Numbered from the stretch's first letter, positions 1 through 9,846 are shown. The stretch: DNA of 44,694 bases from a bacterium (GCA_037137635.1 JBAXJW010000001.1:1-44694); one strand, 5' to 3'. Numbers and translations: made by a program. Notes: generated by a model not told the origin, from the sequence alone.

Positions 1-66
1 GACAAAATCTCTATAAAACTTATCTCCAAAAAAGGTTCTAAAATTTTAGTTTTCGAAAAAACTTCT

Positions 67-1452
67 TTATAAAACGTTTGGCTTACGAGGCTGAGATAAA
101 GTTGTTGCCACCTTTGCAAAAAAATCGCCCATATCTTGCTGGGAAGGAAACTTATCCGTGCCCATACAACCAGGCGATAAAAGAACAACATCTCCAGAGC
201 GAGACTTTTGATAAGCAAGCAAAGTTGCTTCTTCAAGAGTTCCCACAAGGAAAGTTTCTGTGTAATCACCTAAAAAGCGGTTAATCTTTTCCTTGCTTTC
301 TCCGGTAATAATCAAGTTTTTCACACGTAAGCGAATATGGGGAGCGAGAAGAGAGAAATTTACCTCTTTATCTTTTCCACCCATAATCAAAATAACAGGC
401 TCATAAAACGAACCGAGCGTGCGAATAACTGCAGCTGGATTTGTTGCATAAGCATCTGAATAAAACGCAACATCATTGATACGTTTTATAAATTGTACTC
501 GGTGAGGCAACGCCTTCAATTCAACAATTGTTTTTTGAATGGATTCACGCTTTACACCTAAATTGAGAGCCGCTAAAGACGCAGCCATCAAATTCTCGCG
601 ATTATGGAGGCCGCGCATTTTTAATTGGCTAATATCAAGGTCAACAAGTTCATTATCTTTCCAACGAATTGAAATTTTATTTTTCTGGCACCAAGCACCT
701 TCAAAGCCCGATGGAATTTCTTGCATTCCAAAAAGGTACGTTTTGCTTTGAAGATTTTGTACAAAAGAGACAACCGTGCTGTCTTGAGAATTAAAAACAA
801 CCCAAGTATCAGCATCGGCATTCTTAAGAACTTCTCGATTTGCTTGAAAATAGTTTTCAATATTCGGATAACGATCCGCCATATCTTCCGCCAAGTTCAA
901 AAATAAAATTCCTTTTGGTTTAAAGGTTCTTGTCCCTTCAAGTTGCTGAGGAGAACAAGCTGCAAGAATAAAATCAGGCGTCGCTGTCTCGTTAAGAACT
1001 GCACTTAAAGGGCGATCCGTATTCGCAAATGCTACAATGTTTTGTTTTTCGAGAATTGATTTTAAAATTTGCGCAGTCGTGCTTTTTCCATTTGTACCCA
1101 CTACTGCTACGATGTTGGCAGCTGAGTGAAGAGAAACAAATTCTAATTCGGAAACCACGGGAATGTTCATATTTCGAGCAGCATCAAGCTCTCGAAGATC
1201 GATGGGGAATCCATCGCACACAACAACCATTCCAGAAGATTGAAAAATTCTTAAATCTATTGGTCCAAATTCAAATTCAACGGCAAGTCCTTCAAAAATA
1301 GCTTTCACTTGTTCGTGCTTGTCTTCTGGAAGACCTGGCAAAACAATTCTCGCAATTCCTTGATTTCTCAAAACGAATCGAGAAATCTCGAGAGCGTTTT
1401 GTTCTGCTCCTAAAATACTAATGACTTTTCCGTTTAATCCCTGCATTGCCAC
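67..1452 (-). CDS. murD: UDP-N-acetylmuramoylalanine--D-glutamate ligase
   Basis: 461 aa ORF with the Mur-ligase P-loop VVGTNGKSTT. Length and domain order are typical of MurD. It lies directly downstream of mraY, as in dcw clusters. Confidence 0.9.
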   Translation of the reverse strand: MAMQGLNGKVISILGAEQNALEISRFVLRNQGIARIVLPGLPEDKHEQVKAIFEGLAVEFEFGPIDLRIFQSSGMVVVCDGFPIDLRELDAARNMNIPVVSELEFVSLHSAANIVAVVGTNGKSTTAQILKSILEKQNIVAFANTDRPLSAVLNETATPDFILAACSPQQLEGTRTFKPKGILFLNLAEDMADRYPNIENYFQANREVLKNADADTWVVFNSQDSTVVSFVQNLQSKTYLFGMQEIPSGFEGAWCQKNKISIRWKDNELVDLDISQLKMRGLHNRENLMAASLAALNLGVKRESIQKTIVELKALPHRVQFIKRINDVAFYSDAYATNPAAVIRTLGSFYEPVILIMGGKDKEVNFSLLAPHIRLRVKNLIITGESKEKINRFLGDYTETFLVGTLEEATLLAYQKSRSGDVVLLSPGCMGTDKFPSQQDMGDFFAKVATTLSQPRKPNVL

Positions 1453-1489
1453 AATATATAAAAAACCTTTCTCGCAACTCTCGCAACGT

Positions 1490-2575
1490 TTATCGTAACT
1501 TTAAAGTTCCCAGTGCAGCTATAGCTAAAATAAACGAGAGAATCCAGAATCTTACAATAACCTTAGGCTCAGGCCAGCCTAAAAGTTCGAAATGGTGATG
1601 AATAGGAGCCATTCTGAAGATTCTCTTCCCTCTTAATTTAAAAGATGCGACCTGCAAAATGACCGAAAGAGTCTCTATCACAAAGACCCCTCCTAAAATA
1701 ACAAGCAAAATTTCGTTCTTTGAAAGAACTGAGAGTGCCCCTAAAGCCCCTCCCAGCGCCAAAGCTCCCACATCTCCCATAAATATTTGGGCGGGAAAGG
1801 TATTAAACCATAAAAAGGCGATGCCCCCACCCATTAAAGCCGCGCAAACTATCGAAAGCTCTCCAATTCCTGGAACATGAGGGATTTGTAGATATCGTGC
1901 AAAAACAATGTTCCCTCCAAGATAACAAAGGATAAAAAAGGATGCGCAATTAACAATACAAGGTCCAATGGCCAATCCGTCCAATCCATCTGTTAAATTC
2001 ACAGCATTTGAGGCACCTACGATCACAACAACGCTCAAAAGCATATAATAGGGTCCTAAGTTAAGGGCTAAGTTTTTAAAAAAAGGAAAAAATAAAATTC
2101 CCTGAACCCCGTCTCCGTCTGCAGAGACAAAAGAAACGTATGAAAAAAAAGCTGCTCCTAAAAAAAGAAGACGAAACTTCCAGCGACTTGCTAAACCCTC
2201 CGGATCTTTTTTAATGATTTTGATGTAATCATCTAAAAAACCGACCAATCCAAAAATAAAAAGAATGAGTAACATACACCAGACGTAAACATTTGAGAGA
2301 TCCGACCAAAGAAGAATTCCCAAAAAAGCCCCTCCAAGGATCAACAATCCTCCCATAGTGGGAGTTCCTGTTTTTTTAAGATGGCTCTGAGGGCCTTCGT
2401 TACGTATAGCCTGACCAAACTGACGCTTTTTCATCCAACTTATAAATGGGTTTCCTGCAAAGATAACGAACAAAAGAGCCGTGACTGCCGCAAGCCCCGA
2501 GCGAAAGCTAATGTATTTTATAACGTTAAAAATTTTGAATTCATTATTGAGGGCGTAAAGTAAGGCGTATAACAC
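1490..2575 (-). CDS. mraY: phospho-N-acetylmuramoyl-pentapeptide transferase
   Basis: 361 aa polytopic membrane protein with the MraY hallmark motifs KKTGTPTMGG, NAVNLTDGLDGLA and PIHHHFE. Confidence 0.93.
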   Translation of the reverse strand: MLYALLYALNNEFKIFNVIKYISFRSGLAAVTALLFVIFAGNPFISWMKKRQFGQAIRNEGPQSHLKKTGTPTMGGLLILGGAFLGILLWSDLSNVYVWCMLLILFIFGLVGFLDDYIKIIKKDPEGLASRWKFRLLFLGAAFFSYVSFVSADGDGVQGILFFPFFKNLALNLGPYYMLLSVVVIVGASNAVNLTDGLDGLAIGPCIVNCASFFILCYLGGNIVFARYLQIPHVPGIGELSIVCAALMGGGIAFLWFNTFPAQIFMGDVGALALGGALGALSVLSKNEILLVILGGVFVIETLSVILQVASFKLRGKRIFRMAPIHHHFELLGWPEPKVIVRFWILSFILAIAALGTLKLR

Positions 2576-2598
2576 TTCTAAAGTCTGTTAGAGTTTTG

Positions 2599-3036
2599 TT
2601 ACTTTTTCAAGAATAGCGCTCGAATGTATATCCACGGAAACAACACCCAGCAAAAGAAAGCCCCCCCGACAAGACCAATACCCAGCGCGAGCTCCAAGGT
2701 TTCTCGGAAAGTCCATTCATGAAAAACTTGTCTCTTTCTCAAGATCAATACGAGCAACAAAACTCCAGGAGCTATGCCTAAAGAAAGCCACGGATAAACA
2801 TTTAAAATACTCAAAATCAAAGATTCCCACAAAATAAATCCAAAATAACAGGAGAAGGCAAACAATAGAGCGGAGACTTGTGGGCGACTCCCTTTTTTCC
2901 ATTTTGATCCCATCGAGAACAATTCACTTAATTTTTGAGGATGAAGACCCCTTTCTTTGCGCTTTTTAAATTCAACAACCAAAAAAAGGATAAGAAAGAA
3001 GAACAGTAAAATAAATCTTATTAAAAACAAGACCAC
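2599..3036 (-). CDS. small hydrophobic membrane protein, function unknown
   Basis: 145 aa ORF with a GTG start and about 4 predicted hydrophobic helices. It lies 23 nt upstream of mraY on the same strand. No recognisable motif. Confidence 0.4.
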   Translation of the reverse strand: MVLFLIRFILLFFFLILFLVVEFKKRKERGLHPQKLSELFSMGSKWKKGSRPQVSALLFAFSCYFGFILWESLILSILNVYPWLSLGIAPGVLLLVLILRKRQVFHEWTFRETLELALGIGLVGGAFFCWVLFPWIYIRALFLKK

Positions 3037-3074
3037 ACATTAAGACTAACCTAAATCTGTAATAAAATAACCAG

Positions 3075-4172
3075 ATGTCCGAACCTCTTCTTTGCCCTAA
3101 GTGCGGAGCCCTTATTGGAAAACACCTTGTTCGTTGCTATCAATGCAACACCTATCTCATGGGCTCTCGAATGGATTCGTGGACAACAGCTTTTCTTCCA
3201 GAGAAAGCTCAAAAGAATCCCGCTACAAGTCTTTTAATTTTTTTAAGCTTTATTCCCTTTTTACTTGTTTTTTTAAAAATCGGTCCAGCTTCTTTGCTTT
3301 CAATTTCGAGTTATACGATGACTCAAATAGGAGCCACCAACTCTGCTCTTATTCTCATGGATCAATACTGGCGTTTTGTGACAGCTAACTTTGTACACTT
3401 CAATGCTCTTCACTTACTTATGAACATGTTGGGATTGCTGGCACTTGGCCCTTTTATTGAAGAAATGTTTGATTATAAAAAATGTTTTTTTATTTTTTTT
3501 ATTTCAGGAACTTTTACCTTCGCAATTTTCACGATGCTTACTTTTTTATTGCCAAATATTTTCATGTCAGCTTTAGCAGGAGGGGCATCTGCTGGAATAT
3601 TTGGACTTCTTGGTGCAGGCATTGCGGGTGCTCGAAAAATGAACGGAAAAAAAGATCTTCAGAAAATTCTTTTGAAAAACTTTTTTCAAAACCTTGTCCT
3701 GGGACTTATTATTCTTCCACTTGGAAGCACGGTCCTCCACGTTTTAGGATTTGGCCTTGGTTTCTTATTTGCTTTTTTTATTCCAGCGGGGAGTGGGGCT
3801 TTAGGCAAAGAAAGAAAACTCTTTTCTTATAGCTTTTTATTTTCACTGATCATCGTTGTTCTTTCATTTGGATTTCAAACAATTGAATTAAAAAAATATC
3901 CCCTTTTAATCTCTCAAGAGAGCTTTAAATCTCGTCTTTCTGAATGCCTATCTACTAATCCAAACTCAGTAAATAACGATCCCAATTCGCTTAACCTGAT
4001 AAAAGAGAAAATTAAAACCTGCGAAATAATTCTAAGAATTGGAGTGAACCATCCAGAAGCGATCGTGAACCGTCTTGTATATTTAGCACAAGACTATCCA
4101 AACCTATTAAATAAAGAAAAATACACTTTCTACCTAAAGAGAATGAATAAATTACTTAAACCAGCTCTTTAA
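3075..4172 (+). CDS. rhomboid-family intramembrane serine protease with N-terminal zinc ribbon
   Basis: 365 aa. N-terminal CPKC-x10-CYQC zinc ribbon. Rhomboid core motifs are present: [20 protein letters not shown], the [12 protein letters not shown] catalytic Ser (GxSxG) and a TM6 His in [10 protein letters not shown]. About 90 aa of soluble C-terminal tail. Confidence 0.75.
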   Translation: MSEPLLCPKCGALIGKHLVRCYQCNTYLMGSRMDSWTTAFLPEKAQKNPATSLLIFLSFIPFLLVFLKIGPASLLSISSYTMTQIGATNSALILMDQYWRFVTANFVHFNALHLLMNMLGLLALGPFIEEMFDYKKCFFIFFISGTFTFAIFTMLTFLLPNIFMSALAGGASAGIFGLLGAGIAGARKMNGKKDLQKILLKNFFQNLVLGLIILPLGSTVLHVLGFGLGFLFAFFIPAGSGALGKERKLFSYSFLFSLIIVVLSFGFQTIELKKYPLLISQESFKSRLSECLSTNPNSVNNDPNSLNLIKEKIKTCEIILRIGVNHPEAIVNRLVYLAQDYPNLLNKEKYTFYLKRMNKLLKPAL

Positions 4173-5318
4173 GGTGTCTGTTTTATCAGTCTTTTCCCAA
4201 CTTAGGCCTACATCTTCACGACCAAAATGGCCATAATTTGTGCTGTTTTTGTATATGGGTTTTCGAAGATCAAGTTGTTTAATAATTCCAGCAGGTTTTA
4301 AAGAAAAGATTTCTCTCACTGCTCTCTCAATTTTCTGAGGATCAACTTCACTTGTTCCTTGGCAATCAACCATTACACTCACAGGCTCTGCAACGCCAAT
4401 CGCATAAGCAAACTGAACAAGAGCATGTGAAGCGAGACCAGCTGCCACAATATTTTTTGCAACATATCGAGCCATATAAGCCGCTGAGCGATCTACTTTT
4501 GTAGGATCTTTTCCGCTGAAAGCTCCTCCGCCATGTGGAGCATAACCGCCGTAACTATCTACAATAATCTTGCGTCCTGTTAATCCAGTGTCTCCATGAG
4601 GACCACCTATCACAAATTTTCCAGTCGGATTAATGTGATATTTTACGGGTCCCTTTATAAGATTTTGAGGCAACAAAGGTTCTACGATTTCTTTTTGAAC
4701 TGTTTTTTTAATTTCCTCTTGAGAAACACTCTCTAAATGTTGAGTAGAAACAACAACAGTATCTATTCGATAAGGAACTCCGTCCTTATATTCAACGGTG
4801 ACTTGAGTTTTTCCATCAGGCCTGAGCCACGGAATTTCTTTTGATTTACGTTTTACAGATAATGATCGAGAAATCTGATGCGCTAGAGAAATACAAAGAG
4901 GCATCAAAGATTTTGTCTCTTGGCATGCATAACCGAACATCAAACCCTGATCGCCCGCTCCAATATCATCACCAAGATCTACTCCGCGAGCAATATCCGC
5001 ACTTTGTTCATGAAGACGGTTGATAATCTCACACGAATCAACGTTGAAGCCCTCTTCTGGACGATCGTAACCAATTGAACGAATGACTCCTCTAACAAGC
5101 TCGTTTATATCAACATTGGCTTTTGCGTGATTTGAAATTTCTCCAGCAATTAAAGCTAGGTTAGTCGTTACAAGTGTTTCGCAAGCAACACGAGCAAAAG
5201 GGTCTTGAGATATAAAAGCGTCTAATATTGTGTCGCTTATTAAGTCAGCTACCTTATCTGGGTGGCCTTCGGTTACAGATTCAGAAGTAAACAGAAAGTT
5301 TTTATTCGATGCTTCCAT
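4152..5318 (-). CDS. metK: S-adenosylmethionine synthase
   Basis: 388 aa with the MetK signatures [22 protein letters not shown] and [20 protein letters not shown]. Confidence 0.95.
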   Translation of the reverse strand: MEASNKNFLFTSESVTEGHPDKVADLISDTILDAFISQDPFARVACETLVTTNLALIAGEISNHAKANVDINELVRGVIRSIGYDRPEEGFNVDSCEIINRLHEQSADIARGVDLGDDIGAGDQGLMFGYACQETKSLMPLCISLAHQISRSLSVKRKSKEIPWLRPDGKTQVTVEYKDGVPYRIDTVVVSTQHLESVSQEEIKKTVQKEIVEPLLPQNLIKGPVKYHINPTGKFVIGGPHGDTGLTGRKIIVDSYGGYAPHGGGAFSGKDPTKVDRSAAYMARYVAKNIVAAGLASHALVQFAYAIGVAEPVSVMVDCQGTSEVDPQKIERAVREIFSLKPAGIIKQLDLRKPIYKNSTNYGHFGREDVGLSWEKTDKTDTLKSWFK

Positions 5319-5670
5319 TGTCGTTGTCTCTTTCTTCTAAGAATACATCGACTTTCTCTCTTTTTTTATGATCTGTCACCTTTTCTTTATGTTTTCTACT
5401 TTGATGAAGAATTTTATCAGTCACCTCATCTATTGCAGAGAAAAGATTTTCTCCTCTGGCTTCTGCTCGAGCATCAAAATCACCTGCTACGACATGAAGC
5501 TGCGCAACACTATCCGTTCTTTCCGTTAAAAAAGTAAAATGGCAATTTGTCATTTCATGAAGATGTTTTGACACTTTGGCAACTCGATCATTTGCGTAAT
5601 CTTTTACAGAATCACTTGAATGAATCCCCTTAAAAACAACCATGACGTTTAAATTAGATCTCTTTTCCAC
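5302..5670 (-). CDS. hpf: ribosome hibernation promoting factor (short HPF/RaiA type)
   Basis: 122 aa (113 aa if it starts at the internal MVVFKG at 5643). The sequence pattern is sigma-54 modulation protein / S30EA-like. It lies immediately downstream of rpoN, as in the conserved lptB-rpoN-hpf arrangement. Confidence 0.8.
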   Translation of the reverse strand: MEKRSNLNVMVVFKGIHSSDSVKDYANDRVAKVSKHLHEMTNCHFTFLTERTDSVAQLHVVAGDFDARAEARGENLFSAIDEVTDKILHQSRKHKEKVTDHKKREKVDVFLEERDNDNGSIE

Positions 5671-5736
5671 AACAACCCCTCATTCTTTTATTTTAAGTCT
5701 CTACAAGGACGAGAAACTTTAAATTTATGTTATTCA

Positions 5737-7158
5737 TCAAAAATACTTCTTTCTTTTACTTGAAGGTAAAATTGCCAATGCCTCTCTATATTTTGCAACA
5801 GTTCTACGAGCAATTTCAATTTTCTCTGCTTTTAGAACCTCTACAATTTCTTGATCGCTCAATGGTCTTTTTGAATCTTCTCGAGCCACGATATCTTTTA
5901 TCTTTTGTTTCACCGAGGCGCTTGCTAAATCATCACCCCCATCGGATCGGCGAATGCCTGAATTAAAAAAGTATTTCAATTCAAAAATGCCGTGTGGAGT
6001 ATGAACAAATTTATTCGTCGTTACTCTCGAGATAGTTGATTCGTGTAAACTCAACTCATCTGCAACATCTTTTAAAACCATTGGATGCAAGTGCTCTGGC
6101 CCTTTTATGAAAAAATCGTTTTGTTTTTTTAGAATAGATTCAGTGACCCTAAAAATAGTTCTCTGTCTTTGATAAATAGACTTTAGGAGCCAGTTAGCTC
6201 CCTTTAATTTATCTTTTACAAAATTACGGGTTTCTTCTTTGAGCATCCCTGTATCTAATTGCTCTTTGTACTCAGTTGAAACCTTCAGTCGAGGCAAACC
6301 ATCTTCGTTCAAAACAACCATGAATTGGCCGCCTACTTTGACAACGTAGACATCAGGAACAAAGTACTGTGCATCTCCCACATGAAAACTGCGCCCAGGC
6401 TTAGGCTCCATATTGTGAATAACCTTACAGAGTTCCTGAACTCGATGAAGTGGAAGTCCCATCTTTTTACTAATTGAAGTGTAATTCTTAGTTTCTAATT
6501 CAGATAAATGTTTTTCAATAATTTGCTCAACTTCGTCATCTTCTGAAAGAAGCTCCGCTTGAATGAGCAGACATTCTTGCAAAGAACGTGCGGCAACCCC
6601 GGGCGGATCAAAGCGTTGAATACGAAATAAAACTGCACTCACTTCATCCACATCGCATTTCAAATCTGCTGAGATTTCCTCAACAGAGGGGACCAAGTAA
6701 CCATCTTCATTAATGTTTCCGATGATTTCTTCGGCAATCACATTTTGATCTTTTGTGGATTCGCTCAACCTCCACTGCCACATTAAATGATCAAAAAGTG
6801 TTTGGGGTTTAGAGACAAATTGCTCATAAGAGGGAATCTCATCAAGATTCATATTTCTTGTTGAGCGATAATTTTGTGATCCAATATCTATTTGGCCAAA
6901 GTCAAAATCTTCTGCGCTTGATGATTGAGAGGCTTTATCTTCAAATTCATTTGAGTCTTCAACAGATTGAGCAATAGGCGCTTCTTCGGAAGAACTTTCA
7001 TCACCTGTGGATTCTTCAAGACATGGATTTTCAACAAGTGCATTTCCAATTTCTTGTTGGAGCTCCAACACAGACATTTGTAAAATCTTAATTGCCTGCT
7101 GAAGCTGTGGGGTCATTACCATCCCCAGGCTTTGCTTCATTTGTTGCTTTAGTGCCAT
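5737..7158 (-). CDS. rpoN: RNA polymerase sigma-54 factor
   Basis: 473 aa with a Gln-rich N-terminal region I, an acidic region II and the C-terminal RpoN box ARRTVAKYRE. It lies downstream of lptB. Confidence 0.93.
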   Translation of the reverse strand: MALKQQMKQSLGMVMTPQLQQAIKILQMSVLELQQEIGNALVENPCLEESTGDESSSEEAPIAQSVEDSNEFEDKASQSSSAEDFDFGQIDIGSQNYRSTRNMNLDEIPSYEQFVSKPQTLFDHLMWQWRLSESTKDQNVIAEEIIGNINEDGYLVPSVEEISADLKCDVDEVSAVLFRIQRFDPPGVAARSLQECLLIQAELLSEDDEVEQIIEKHLSELETKNYTSISKKMGLPLHRVQELCKVIHNMEPKPGRSFHVGDAQYFVPDVYVVKVGGQFMVVLNEDGLPRLKVSTEYKEQLDTGMLKEETRNFVKDKLKGANWLLKSIYQRQRTIFRVTESILKKQNDFFIKGPEHLHPMVLKDVADELSLHESTISRVTTNKFVHTPHGIFELKYFFNSGIRRSDGGDDLASASVKQKIKDIVAREDSKRPLSDQEIVEVLKAEKIEIARRTVAKYREALAILPSSKRKKYF

Positions 7159-7177
7159 CTGACTTTCAACCTACCTT

Positions 7178-7933
7178 TTAGAGTTTAAATCCCTCTCCTA
7201 AATAAATTTCCCTTGCTTCATTGCTTTCGGTAATTGTTTGCGGAGATCCACTTAAAAATACGTTTCCTTGGTTCATTAAATATGAATAATCACAAACCCC
7301 TAATGTTTCCCGTACGTTATGATCAGTTATCAAAATACCGATATTTTTTTGACGGAGCTCATGAATAAAGCCCTGTATCTCCAGAACCGCTTTTGGATCA
7401 ATCCCGGCAAAAGGCTCATCTAACAAAATGAAATCTGGGTTAATGGCCATACAACGAGCGATTTCACATCTTCGACGCTCTCCGCCCGACAGAGCAGCAG
7501 CACTCGAATAAGCTACTTTTTCTAAACCAAAGCTTGAAATTATTTCATCGGCTTGATTGTGCATATCTTTGCCTTTCAAGTTCTGTGCCTCCAAAGCCAT
7601 CAATATGTTTTCATAAACACTTAATTTACGAAAAAGGCTTGGTTCTTGAGGCAAATACCCAATTCCAAGCTTAGCTCTCTCAAAAAGATGCAAAGAGCTG
7701 ATATCTTTCTCACCAATTGTTATTTTTCCTTCATTCGGAAAAACAAGTCCCACAATCATATAAAAAACTGTTGTCTTACCTGCACCATTTGGCCCTAAAA
7801 GACCAACAACTTGTCCCTTTTTTACCTCTAAAGTAACGCCATTCACGACACTTCTTTTGCCATAAGACTTCTTCAGACCTTCAGCTTTAAGTAAAGTATC
7901 CCTTTGAAAAGTTCCTTTTTGATCTGTATTCAT
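7178..7933 (-). CDS. lptB: LPS export ABC transporter ATP-binding protein
   Basis: 251 aa single ABC ATPase with Walker A GPNGAGKTT, signature LSGGERRR and Walker B ILLDEP. Conserved position directly upstream of rpoN. Confidence 0.85.
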   Translation of the reverse strand: MNTDQKGTFQRDTLLKAEGLKKSYGKRSVVNGVTLEVKKGQVVGLLGPNGAGKTTVFYMIVGLVFPNEGKITIGEKDISSLHLFERAKLGIGYLPQEPSLFRKLSVYENILMALEAQNLKGKDMHNQADEIISSFGLEKVAYSSAAALSGGERRRCEIARCMAINPDFILLDEPFAGIDPKAVLEIQGFIHELRQKNIGILITDHNVRETLGVCDYSYLMNQGNVFLSGSPQTITESNEAREIYLGEGFKL

Positions 7934-7957
7934 TTGAACGCCTTTTTATTTGCGAAA

Positions 7958-8668
7958 TTATTTTGTAGGTGTGGCACCTGGTGCTGGAGCTCCCCCACCA
8001 GAATCTTTTCTTTTAATGTATTCCACAATATCTTCATCTTTGAAGGATTCAGGTTTATCACAAGCCATGTTCTTCAGATAGACAGGAGCTATTCCCACTC
8101 CGTTCGCATCCGTAGGATAAACAATGACAGCTGACTTACCTGTTTGCCCAGGAATAAACTCCACTCGACTTCCGTCATTATGCAAAAAAACAGCCCCTAC
8201 TCTATTTATAAGAGGCTTCAAGTTTTGTTTATCTATTAACCGCTTACGTCCCTTACTAAATTCCAAAACTCTTTCGACTTCAGTGCCTCTCATTGCGTAA
8301 AATTCTGAACGATTATTTTTTAATTTTTTTTGAAAAACAAAGGTCACCTCACCCCTGTCTCCTAGAACTTGGCTGAGTTCCCAGAGAAAATAAGTTTTAT
8401 CTCCATCTTTCTTTAGGTAGTCACGAAAAATTCTTCTTATTCTTTTACCATTACTTTTTATGGACCAAGGAATTTTATCAACGGTTCCACAAGTACTTAT
8501 GTGAGAAACTCTAAGATCTCCCGTGGTGGGATCGTAACTCAGTTTTTCAAATTTTTGCTCAGAAGAAACAGAGCCTTCAATCTTAGGAGTTTTTTTAGCG
8601 CATAAAAAATGATGCAAAGAAAAAAATAAAATGAAAAAAAAACCCTTCAAAAAAGGCGTAGCTCTCAT
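7958..8668 (-). CDS. secreted/periplasmic protein, function unknown
   Basis: 236 aa with an N-terminal signal-peptide-like segment (MRATPFLKGFFFILFFSLHHFLCA) and a Gly/Pro/Ala-rich C-terminus. Its ATG overlaps the stop of the upstream gene by 4 nt. I recognise no LptA/OstA-like sequence. Confidence 0.5.
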   Translation of the reverse strand: MRATPFLKGFFFILFFSLHHFLCAKKTPKIEGSVSSEQKFEKLSYDPTTGDLRVSHISTCGTVDKIPWSIKSNGKRIRRIFRDYLKKDGDKTYFLWELSQVLGDRGEVTFVFQKKLKNNRSEFYAMRGTEVERVLEFSKGRKRLIDKQNLKPLINRVGAVFLHNDGSRVEFIPGQTGKSAVIVYPTDANGVGIAPVYLKNMACDKPESFKDEDIVEYIKRKDSGGGAPAPGATPTK

Positions 8669-9846
8669 GTTTTTATTATGCCATAAATCCCAGATAGAAC
8701 GCGCTTTCGAGCCATGACTCGACGCTTTTCTTTGTAGTCACGATGGCTACTGCGCCCCCTTAGATTTTCTACGTAAGATTCCTTGTCCGTTATTTGAATC
8801 TCATAAGGATAATAAAAGGCTTTTCTTTCTCTCAAAACGATTGGAAAAGATTTCAAGAATCTCCTACCCGAAATTGTTTTTTCAAGCTGTTCTCTTATTT
8901 TTTCAAAAACCGGCAAGATTGAATTTTGCACGTGAACTAAATGCTGACATGTAAACTGCAAAGAACGATAGTGAGGAGAACTAAAGGAATTTTTAACTCC
9001 CGCTTCACCCACAGACATAAGAGGAATATCAAGCAAAGAATATTTTTTATCCGCCTCTGAGGGAGAAAGCCTTCCTGCTTCTACGTCTTTTCTTAAAGAC
9101 TCCATATTTTCATGAATGACTTTTATATCTAATAAATTATTAAAAGATTTTCTGGGTTGAATATTCGCATATGAAATCGCACCCAATTCAAAAAACTTTT
9201 CTACTAATCGAATCGCATCAATTTTTTTTTCAACAACAAAACGAAACCCTAAGCTATCGTAAATTAATTCGACATCGTTTTGCGCCTTTGAAATGAGTTT
9301 AACAATCATGGAATTTCGTTCTTTTTTAACTTTTTTCTGATAACGAACAAGAGGAACACCCTCTTCTCCTGGTTTACCAAAACTCCATTTTCGAGGTGCA
9401 ATTTGTCGAACAAAGGGATCAAACTGAGCAAATATTTTCTCACGAGCAGTGTGAAAGTTTTCTAATTTCAAATCATTATCCAGATGTGAAATCGTATGCA
9501 TGACTCGAAGGATCGCACATGCCCAACCAGAGCGCTCACCTTGTGGTACAGAAGCTTCTACAAGTAATTTTAAAATATCATTCTGACTTGTCCGTTCATA
9601 AAAAGACGGAGGTAGCTTTTCATTTGCTTCCAATAAAACGTTTCGAATAAAATTGAGGGCTTCAAAATACACCCTCCAAATTTCTTCATAAGTTATCGGA
9701 TCATCAACATCGTAGCCGTAGGCTTTTAAAAAGGTTTTTGCTTCATTTTTTGTTCGAACATTTAAATGTGAAAAATCAATAATCGATTCCCCAGAAATTG
9801 TTTGATTGATGGGGAGCCAATCATGATGCCACTGGCTTGATGCCAT
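8665..9846 (-). CDS. divergent RelA/SpoT-domain-like (nucleotidyltransferase-fold) protein, function unknown
   Basis: 393 aa. The C-terminal half carries, in the canonical order, degenerate versions of the RelA/SpoT synthetase motifs: KxxxSxxxK (VKKERNSMIVKL), DxxGxRxV (DSLGFRFVV), YxSxQ (HYRSLQ, His replaced by Gln) and EIQI (YPYEIQITD, Arg missing). The N-terminal ~180 aa is helical and unassigned. Confidence 0.45.
   Translation of the reverse strand: MASSQWHHDWLPINQTISGESIIDFSHLNVRTKNEAKTFLKAYGYDVDDPITYEEIWRVYFEALNFIRNVLLEANEKLPPSFYERTSQNDILKLLVEASVPQGERSGWACAILRVMHTISHLDNDLKLENFHTAREKIFAQFDPFVRQIAPRKWSFGKPGEEGVPLVRYQKKVKKERNSMIVKLISKAQNDVELIYDSLGFRFVVEKKIDAIRLVEKFFELGAISYANIQPRKSFNNLLDIKVIHENMESLRKDVEAGRLSPSEADKKYSLLDIPLMSVGEAGVKNSFSSPHYRSLQFTCQHLVHVQNSILPVFEKIREQLEKTISGRRFLKSFPIVLRERKAFYYPYEIQITDKESYVENLRGRSSHRDYKEKRRVMARKRVLSGIYGIIKT

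Noticed and set aside
1-66. Possible start of the next dcw gene (ftsW-like) downstream of murD on the minus strand.
   Set aside because: Only 66 nt are available with no ATG. It cannot be supported.
7972-7987. TGGCAC motif reminiscent of a sigma-54 -24 box.
   Set aside because: There is no TTGC at the correct spacing. It lies on the plus strand inside the 3' end of a minus-strand gene with nothing downstream to drive.
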